Below are positions 57,047 to 64,000 of a stretch of DNA of 64,000 bases, piece by piece. The position numbers and the translations under genes are program-made. The notes beneath the pieces were generated by a model. The model was given only the letters and a program-made list of their open reading frames with translations, ran no database searches and was not told the DNA's origin. The stretch comes from Candidatus Marinacidobacterales bacterium (GTDB lineage: Bacteria; Acidobacteriota; Vicinamibacteria; Marinacidobacterales; SMYC01), in contig CBDCYI010000004.1 of the NCBI GenBank assembly GCA_965224085.1, positions 256,001 through 320,000 of the forward strand, given 5' to 3'. Numbering within the stretch: the first letter of the stretch is position 1; each line of letters opens with the position of its first letter.

Positions 57047-60007
57047 TTATCGGGCATCGGGCTGGACGCGCAGCGGACGCGAAAGCTCCTGCCCGTCGAC
57101 CCAGAGCGTGACCTCGTACTCGCCGAGACCCACCAGTGGACCCGGCCGCCCCTGCTGGCTGCCCCGGGTGAGGCGCCGGGAATCGTTGCTGCCCACCCGC
57201 TGCCAAGGCGGGGGGGGAGAGCGCGAAGGTTTCCTCAAGTCCCACACCAACCTGTTGAGACCCTCCCGGGAGGACCCGGAGAGCTCGCGTACCAGCCTCC
57301 CTTCGGCATCTTGAATGGTAATCGTCACCGGTGCCGCCCGCGTCTCGCGGAGAAAGTAGTAGATCGTGGCCCCCGGGGGAGCCAGCTCGCTCCGATCGGT
57401 TTCCGACACCAGCTCGCTGTAGGGGTTTTTAGCGGCGAAACGCCGCGCGCCGCTCGCGCCCTTGTTCCTGGTGATGTCGACGTCGAGGAGCGTCGCGGGC
57501 TCCACCGCGAAGAGATGCGCCGGGCTTTCGAGCACCTCGCGGGTGAGCGCTCGAAGAGGCGCGATGTTCATGATGTAGATGCTTCGACCGTGCGTTCCGG
57601 CGACCAGATCGGCTTCCCGCGGGTGAATCACCATGTCCCTCACCGGGACCGTCGGGAGACCGTTGCGCAGAGCGAGCCAGTGCTCGCCAGCGTCGATGGA
57701 GACGAACGCCCCGTTCTCGGTTCCGACGAACAAGAGGTCCCGGTTGACTCGATCCTCTCTGATGACTCTGACCGGTACCCCGGCAGGAAGACTTCCACCG
57801 ATGGGTTCCCAGGTTCCGCCGTAGTCCCGCGTGCGAAAAAGATAAACGCCGAAATCGTCGTTCCGGTGATCATCGAAGGCCGCATAGACGGTGGCGACAT
57901 CGAAATGAGATGCCTCCAGGGAGCTGACCCACGCACGCGGCGATCCCCCGGTGTCCGCGGGAAGTCCGGCAATCCGTGCGGCTACGTTCGTCCAGGAGCT
58001 GCCGCCGTCACGGCTGATGTGCAGGTTCCCGTCGTCCGTGCCCGCCCAGAGCACGGCGGGCCCGAGGGGCGATGCGGCAATGGCGGTGATCGTGGCTCCC
58101 TCGCCGGTGTCGCGACTGGGCCGGCCCTTGGACAGATCGGGGCTGACCGCCGTCCAGCTCTCGCCTCGGTCGTCCGTCTTCAGGAGCATCTGAGCGCCGA
58201 GGTAAAGCGTCGAGGAATCGTGCGCGGACATGACGAAAGGGGTGTTGAAATTGAATCGGAGTTTTTTATCACCGGCGCGGGGACGGATAGATGTCCTCAC
58301 ACCTTTTTTCATGTCGAGCCGGTGGATGTTGGCGTACTGGGACTCGATGTAGATCGTCGCCGGATCGCCCGGGTCGACCTGGACGTAACCACCGTCGGCG
58401 GTGCCGAGCTTGAACCAGTCCCTGTCGGCGATTCCACTCCGATGGCGGGTTGCGCTCGGCCCGCCCCAGCTGCCGTTGTCTTGAAGTCCGCCATAGACCC
58501 AGTAGGGTTGCTGCATGTCGACCGCTATTCCGACGAACTGTCCGACGGGCATGGGATGATTCTCCCAATGGTCCCCACCGTCGTAGCTGGTGAAGAGCCC
58601 GCCGTCGCTGCCCACGATCAGGTGGTCCGAGTTCTCCGGGTCGATCCACATGGCGTGGAAGTCGCCGTGGATGAAATCGCTGGTCAGCCAGGACGAGAAG
58701 GCCCAGCCCTTTTGTTGCAACCGACGCCCACCGTCCGTGGACTCCCAGGTTCGGACCCAAAGCACATAGACGTGGTCCGCGTCGGCGGGGTCCACCCGGA
58801 TCTGGGAGTAATAGCCTTCCCTTTCGTTCAGCTTGTTGACGCGTCTCCAACTTTCCCCCTTGTCGTCCGATCGAAACAGCCCGCCGCCGGTGTCCAGCTC
58901 ATCGAGGTCCAGAAGAACACGCATCTGCGCCTGCTGGCGGCGGCCCAATCCGGCCACGATGCTGCCCGACAAATCTCCCGGTGGTGCCGCCCCCATCATA
59001 AGCTCGATCCGAGCGAGCTCGGACTGGTCCGGTCTCTCATCCTGCCGCAGGAGCTCGCGTAGCCGGTCGACGCTCGCCTCCGGCGGGTGGATCCAACGCG
59101 GCGCGACCTCCACGATCGCATAGACGATGTCGGGGTTGGCGGGCGCGACAGCGATGCCGATGCGCCCCACGCGCTCGCTCGGCAAACCCGCACGGAGCGG
59201 GCTCCACGTCTCGCCGCCGTCGGTGGTCTTGTAGAGACCGCCGCCGTCGAGCACGTAGATGCCGACGCTGTCGAAGTCATCGAAGCGGTCGCTGCGGCGG
59301 GCGTAGGCGGCGGCATACAGCGTGTTCCGATCCGCGGGATCCATGGCCACGTCGACGAAACCCACGTCTTCGCCGATGAACATGGCCTTGCGCCACGTCT
59401 CGCCGCCGTCCGTCGTCTTGTAGAGGCCTCTTTCCGCGTTGGGACCCCAGAGATGCCCCAAGGCCGCGACGTACACGATGTCGGGATCGACGGGGTCGAT
59501 CACGATCCGGCCGATGTGGTGCGTGTCGGCGAGTCCCATGCGCTTCCAGGTGCTCCCGCCGTCCCCCGACTTGTACACCCCGTCACCCCATGAGCTGTAA
59601 CTGCTCGCGTTCGCTTCTCCGGTTCCCACCCACACCACGTTCGGGTCGGAGTCGGAAACGGCGATGGCTCCGATGGAGCTCGATCCTTGTTCGTCAAAGA
59701 TTGGCAGCCAGGTGGTCCCGTTGTTGATCGTCTTCCACACACCGCCGGTAGCGGTGGCACAGTAGACGGTATAGCTCTCCTTCCTGGGAACGGCGATGTC
59801 GGTCACGCGGCCGCTCATATGAGCGGGCCCGATCAAGCGCCAACGCAAGGGCGTGAGCTCCGCCTCTGTCACGCCGAGCGACTCGGCCCAGCCGAGCAAG
59901 GGGACGGTAAGGGTGGCTGCCAAGGCGCCGGCCAGCCCGAAACGAGATCGGAATGTCGTCCGTCGCGACGAGCGCCGTCCCCTCGAAGAGCGTCCGAACG
60001 CACTCAT
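57047..60007 (-). CDS. VPS10/BNR (Asp-box) repeat beta-propeller protein (start uncertain)
   Basis: WRLIGPAHMSGRV, many S/T-x-D-G-G-x-T/S-W repeats, GGLQDNG and THGRS. Confidence 0.9.
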   Translation of the reverse strand: MSAFGRSSRGRRSSRRTTFRSRFGLAGALAATLTVPLLGWAESLGVTEAELTPLRWRLIGPAHMSGRVTDIAVPRKESYTVYCATATGGVWKTINNGTTWLPIFDEQGSSSIGAIAVSDSDPNVVWVGTGEANASSYSSWGDGVYKSGDGGSTWKRMGLADTHHIGRIVIDPVDPDIVYVAALGHLWGPNAERGLYKTTDGGETWRKAMFIGEDVGFVDVAMDPADRNTLYAAAYARRSDRFDDFDSVGIYVLDGGGLYKTTDGGETWSPLRAGLPSERVGRIGIAVAPANPDIVYAIVEVAPRWIHPPEASVDRLRELLRQDERPDQSELARIELMMGAAPPGDLSGSIVAGLGRRQQAQMRVLLDLDELDTGGGLFRSDDKGESWRRVNKLNEREGYYSQIRVDPADADHVYVLWVRTWESTDGGRRLQQKGWAFSSWLTSDFIHGDFHAMWIDPENSDHLIVGSDGGLFTSYDGGDHWENHPMPVGQFVGIAVDMQQPYWVYGGLQDNGSWGGPSATRHRSGIADRDWFKLGTADGGYVQVDPGDPATIYIESQYANIHRLDMKKGVRTSIRPRAGDKKLRFNFNTPFVMSAHDSSTLYLGAQMLLKTDDRGESWTAVSPDLSKGRPSRDTGEGATITAIAASPLGPAVLWAGTDDGNLHISRDGGSSWTNVAARIAGLPADTGGSPRAWVSSLEASHFDVATVYAAFDDHRNDDFGVYLFRTRDYGGTWEPIGGSLPAGVPVRVIREDRVNRDLLFVGTENGAFVSIDAGEHWLALRNGLPTVPVRDMVIHPREADLVAGTHGRSIYIMNIAPLRALTREVLESPAHLFAVEPATLLDVDITRNKGASGARRFAAKNPYSELVSETDRSELAPPGATIYYFLRETRAAPVTITIQDAEGRLVRELSGSSREGLNRLVWDLRKPSRSPPPPWQRVGSNDSRRLTRGSQQGRPGPLVGLGEYEVTLWVDGQELSRPLRVQPDAR

Positions 60008-60412
60008 GCCCCACAGCCTATCCACATGGGCTGGGCACTCCCGGGGAACGGACATCCGAAAAACTCCGTAACGGCGAAATGTTAGACCAAGGGCGACGCA
60101 ATGGGATAGAGACAGAAGCGGCCTCGCCAGGGAAACTGTCTCCCGGGAATGCCCGACAAGACAGATTTGGTAGCACTCTGCTTCTGTCCCCCTCCTTTTG
60201 ATGCCCATTGTCGTATGATTGATGTTGTGGTCCGCAAGAGCGGACTCGAGAAGCTTTCAGGTCCGGCAAAGCGCCTGCGAGCTTCGAGCCCAGCGGCACC
60301 CCAGTACTGGCCGCGGGAGAGTTCGCCTCTTGGAGCGACGCGGGGCCATCGCGAGAGTGTCTGTATCGGCGGCTGGTAAGCTCGTCGACGCTGGCTCGGG
60401 GAGGGTCATATC

Positions 60413-61585
60413 ATGAATCGGAACTCGGCTACAGCGATAAAAGCCCCTCGGTCCGAAGGGGCTAAGCAAGTTACATCCATGGAGGCGCGGACGGTTTCCA
60501 TCCCCTTGCGCAAACCTCTAGCCTTCGCAACCCGGAGGGTAGATCAGCGCCAGTACACGCTGGCACGTGTCGGTACAGCGGATGGCCTCCAAGGATACGG
60601 CTTCTGCTACTCCGGTAACCGGGCCGGCAGTCTCGTGACCGCGTTTGTCCGAGAGTTCTTTCGGGACCACGTTTTGGGGGCGGACCCTGTGGCCTTCGAG
60701 ACGACCTGGGCCAATATGTACGGCGACGCGGTTCTCCTCGGACGCCGGGGCGCCGCGGTGCGGGCGATGAGCGCCATCGATATCGCGCTCTGGGATCTCA
60801 TCGGCAAGGCCACTGCCCAGCCGGTGCATCGCCTTCTCGGCGGACCCAAAGCGAGCCGCGTGCCTTGCTATGCCAGCGGTGGCTACTACTGGGAGGACTC
60901 GGACCCGGAGGAGTACGTCTACCAGGAGCTGAAGGGCTACGTGGAGGCCGGCTTCACGGCCGTCAAGATCAAGGTGGGCCGCTTGCCTCTCGAGCAAGAG
61001 CTCCGTCGGGTCCGCAAGGCGCGAGAGGCCATCGGCCCCGACACCATTCTGATGATGGACGCCAACAACGCCTGGCGCGATGCTGCCGCGGCGATCCCGG
61101 CGATCCGCGCCCTCGCCGAGGTCAACCCGTTCTGGGTCGAAGAGCCCCTCATGCCGGACGACATCCGCGGCCACGCCGCCATCCGGGAAAAGGTGAGCGT
61201 TCCCATTGCCACCGGCGAGATCGAGGCTACCCGTTGGGGCTTCGCTGAGCTGCTCGAACAGGGCTCGGCCGACATGCTTCAGCCGGATGCGACCGTACTG
61301 GGAGGCATCACCGAGTTTCGCAAGGTCGCCGGAATGGCGGCGGGGAGAAACGTTCCCCTTTATCCCCACTGGATGCATCACCTCCACGCGTCGATCGTGG
61401 CCTCTCTTCCCAGCGCGGTCATGGTGGAGTACTTTCCCGACCTCAGCGTGCTGAACCTCGGCGAGGTGCTCGTGGACCCCATCGAGGCGAAAGACGGCAC
61501 TCTGGCAGTGTCGCAAGAGCCCGGGACGGGTGTCGCCTTTGACGAGAGGGCGGTCGATCGGTTTGCGGTGGATTCGTGGAAGTGA
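60413..61585 (+). CDS. Mandelate racemase/muconate lactonizing enzyme family (enolase superfamily)
   Basis: AIDIALWD, KIK, DAN, EEP, ATGE and PH motifs. Confidence 0.92.
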   Translation: MNRNSATAIKAPRSEGAKQVTSMEARTVSIPLRKPLAFATRRVDQRQYTLARVGTADGLQGYGFCYSGNRAGSLVTAFVREFFRDHVLGADPVAFETTWANMYGDAVLLGRRGAAVRAMSAIDIALWDLIGKATAQPVHRLLGGPKASRVPCYASGGYYWEDSDPEEYVYQELKGYVEAGFTAVKIKVGRLPLEQELRRVRKAREAIGPDTILMMDANNAWRDAAAAIPAIRALAEVNPFWVEEPLMPDDIRGHAAIREKVSVPIATGEIEATRWGFAELLEQGSADMLQPDATVLGGITEFRKVAGMAAGRNVPLYPHWMHHLHASIVASLPSAVMVEYFPDLSVLNLGEVLVDPIEAKDGTLAVSQEPGTGVAFDERAVDRFAVDSWK

Positions 61586-61654
61586 GAGGCCGACGCCGTC
61601 TTTTTCCCCCAGAACGTTCCGCTTCCGTCAAGGGAGCGAAGGAGCGGTCAGATC

Positions 61655-63337
61655 ATGCGCGGTAGCGAATGTGTGGTCAGAATGTTGCAAGGCCTCGGCG
61701 TGGACGTGGTTTTCGGTCTGTGCGGAGACACCAGCCTGCCGCTCTACGAGGCTCTCTACGATCTCGATCACGGGATACGGCACGTGCTGACGCGAGATGA
61801 GCGCTCCGCCTCCTACATGGCGGATGCCTATTCACGCTTGAGCGGGAAGGTCGGCGTTTGCGAAGGCCCCAGCGGCGGGGGCGCGACCTATATCTTGCCG
61901 GGCGTGGCGGAGGCAAACGGCTCCTCGGTGCCCCTGGTGTGCCTCACCAGCGATATCAGTACCGGCGATGTCGGTCGGGCTGCGCTCACCGAGCTAGACC
62001 AAAGGGGCCTGTTCGCGCCGGTGACGAGGTTCACCGCCGTTGCTGGTCATGCGAGTGAGCTCCCACGAGCGCTGCGACGCGCCTTTCGCACCGCCACAAC
62101 TTCCGAGCTCGGGGCGGCGCACGTGGGACTCCCTTTCGACGTCCAGACGGGAGACGTCGATCCCGAGGACGTGTACATCGATTCGCGTTTCAACTCCTAT
62201 CCGGCGCACCGATCCGCTCCGGAGCCCAAGGTGATCAGGGAGGCTGCCGATCTTCTCGCCCGATCACGTCGTCCGCTGGTGGTTGCCGGTGCCGGCGTGC
62301 TGCGCTCCGCTGCCTGGGACGAGCTCACCTCACTGTCGCGGCTCCTGGGCGCACCGGTGGCGACTTCGGTAAGCGGGAAAGGAAGCATTGCAGAGACCGA
62401 TCCGCTGTCGCTGGGCGTGATTGGTAGCAATGGGGGGTTACCGTACCGACACGAGATCCTGCGGGAGTCCGACGTCATCCTCTACGTTGGCTGCCGCCAG
62501 GGATCCGTTACCACGGAGAAATGGACCCTTCCGGCAAACGGCGAGAAAACGCTCATTCAAATGGACGTCGAGCCGGATCGCATCGGCTCCAACTACGATA
62601 CCGCGGTTGGGATCGTCGCCGACGCCAAGCTGGGGCTCGCGGCACTGGGCCAGGAGCTGGACGAGCGTTTTTCCGGTCGTTCGGCGGAAAAAGTCGATAC
62701 GGAGGACATCGGAAAGCGGAGGGAGGCTTGCTTGTCTCGGATCGACGCTTTCTCCTCCGACGAAGAGCCCATCCGCCCCGAACGGTTTCTGTCCGAGCTG
62801 CTGCCGCTATTGCCAGACAACGCCGTGGTCTGTGCCGATCCCGGAACACCTTGCCCGTATTTCTCCGCCTACTACCGGCTGCCCAAGGCGGGACGTTGGT
62901 TCGTGACCCCGCGGGCCCACGGCGCCTTGGGGTACGCTCTGCCCGCGGTCTGCGGCGCCTATTTTGCGCGGCCCGATGCCGGGCGTATCGTCGGTGTCAT
63001 GGGAGACGGTAGCTTCGGCCTCTCGGTGGGCGAGCTGGAGACGCTGGCGCGGCTCGATCTCCCGGTAACCCTCATCGTTCTCAACAACGCGAATTACGGA
63101 TGGATCAAGGCCGGTCAGAAGGCTCACGGTGGAAAGTACTACAGCGTCGACTTCTCCGATTCCAACCACGCCCGCATCGCGAAAGCATACGGGATTCGGG
63201 GACGCAGGGTGGAAAGCCCCTCGGAGCTTCACGAAGCTTTGCGCGAGGCCCTAATCGGAGAGGGGCCCGCCCTCCTGGATGTTGTCGTCCAGCAACTCCA
63301 GGAAGCGCAGGCACCGGTGTCGAAGTGGGTGGCCTAG
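61655..63337 (+). CDS. Thiamine-diphosphate-dependent enzyme (acetolactate synthase-like)
   Basis: RDERSA..MAD.Y and GDGSFG...NN motifs. Confidence 0.92.
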   Translation: MRGSECVVRMLQGLGVDVVFGLCGDTSLPLYEALYDLDHGIRHVLTRDERSASYMADAYSRLSGKVGVCEGPSGGGATYILPGVAEANGSSVPLVCLTSDISTGDVGRAALTELDQRGLFAPVTRFTAVAGHASELPRALRRAFRTATTSELGAAHVGLPFDVQTGDVDPEDVYIDSRFNSYPAHRSAPEPKVIREAADLLARSRRPLVVAGAGVLRSAAWDELTSLSRLLGAPVATSVSGKGSIAETDPLSLGVIGSNGGLPYRHEILRESDVILYVGCRQGSVTTEKWTLPANGEKTLIQMDVEPDRIGSNYDTAVGIVADAKLGLAALGQELDERFSGRSAEKVDTEDIGKRREACLSRIDAFSSDEEPIRPERFLSELLPLLPDNAVVCADPGTPCPYFSAYYRLPKAGRWFVTPRAHGALGYALPAVCGAYFARPDAGRIVGVMGDGSFGLSVGELETLARLDLPVTLIVLNNANYGWIKAGQKAHGGKYYSVDFSDSNHARIAKAYGIRGRRVESPSELHEALREALIGEGPALLDVVVQQLQEAQAPVSKWVA

Positions 63338-63356
63338 CCTAGCGATCGTCCTCCCT

Positions 63357-64000
63357 TCAGTTTTGACCCGAGGCTGCTCCCGCCGGGATGGGTCGGTTCT
63401 CCCACAAATGTTTGACGTCGTCATCGATGCCGGCCATCTCCCACCGAGCGAGAGCGATGGGTATCTGGCCGGTGGCGAGAAGCTCGTCGTGAAACTCTCG
63501 CAGACTGAAATCATCGCCCCGCTGGCGCATTCGGTCGCGGAGGAGCTTGTAGACCTCAAACTTGAAGACTTGATAGTTCAAAACCGACACCGGACGAACG
63601 AACTTCCTCCAAACTTCGTGCTTCTCTGCCACGTGGGGCTCCATCCAAGGGACGGTCTCCATCATGTGCTTCCCTACCTCTTCGGTGGTCATCGAGCCGT
63701 CGGCCATCTTGACCGCGATGTGCACCCGCTCGGCGCGCATGATGGCCAAGCCATACATCCACTCCCGCACCCGGGGGCCTCTAACGAACGGGTAGTCGAG
63801 CTGTAGCTGTGCCTCCTCCATGTAGTAGGTCCACGCGTCTCCGCGCGTGCGGTGGCCCCGCCTCAGGTCGCAGGTCGTTCTTCGGCTGACGGCGCCCTCG
63901 AAAGTGTGACCCGGATAGTCCGAGTGCGCGTGGTTGGTGCCCGGGTCCAGACGATGGCCGATTTCCCAGTAGATCTGAGAGAACCCGTGATCGGGACCAA
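63357..64000 (-). CDS. DUF885-family protein, 3' part (continues beyond the window)
   Basis: Frame open to the window edge; HSDYPGH, DAWTYYMEE and LREFHD..GQIPIALARW motifs. Confidence 0.8.
   Translation of the reverse strand, partial: GPDHGFSQIYWEIGHRLDPGTNHAHSDYPGHTFEGAVSRRTTCDLRRGHRTRGDAWTYYMEEAQLQLDYPFVRGPRVREWMYGLAIMRAERVHIAVKMADGSMTTEEVGKHMMETVPWMEPHVAEKHEVWRKFVRPVSVLNYQVFKFEVYKLLRDRMRQRGDDFSLREFHDELLATGQIPIALARWEMAGIDDDVKHLWENRPIPAGAASGQN

Noticed and set aside
51039-59062. Long plus-strand ORFs 51039..52508, 52279..53898 and 57311..59062
   Set aside because: Antisense shadows of the DUF885, TonB receptor and VPS10 genes.

Overview
High-GC bacterial window, most likely Acidobacteriota (inferred from an ADOP-permease tail, Ser/Thr-kinase/beta-propeller remnants, an Oar-type TonB receptor and VPS10/BNR proteins). 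The main result is a nested mobile-element system at 1-3778. An IS256 element (transposase 485-1780) has both terminal inverted repeats invaded at the same nucleotide (...CGGGA|CATCCC) by outward-pointing copies of one group II intron. The right copy (1880-3772) is complete, with an RT/maturase and a candidate EBS1 (UCCCGU) complementary to the IS256 TIR. The left copy (433 to 38) appears to be interrupted by a second, different group II intron that runs off the window edge. Positions 3.9-27 kb are mostly housekeeping and metabolic genes: bfd-bfr, ggt, dynamin-like GTPase, amidase, trmL, methylmalonyl-CoA mutase, peptide ABC ATPases, UDG, M28 peptidase, rnhB, flavoprotein disulfide reductase and DedA. 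Positions 27.8-35.8 kb are an IS cluster (tandem mosaic ISNCY dimer, internally deleted IS5/IS903 element, truncated IS1634, a short inverted-repeat element) with truncated host genes. Many intergenic gaps hold gene relics whose N- and C-termini were joined by internal deletions. From about 47 kb there is an uptake-type locus (TonB receptor, DUF885, M20, TMTC-like, VPS10/BNR) whose peptidase homologs have lost metal or catalytic residues. No rRNA, tRNA or CRISPR array was found. All family assignments are from motif recognition, not database searches.
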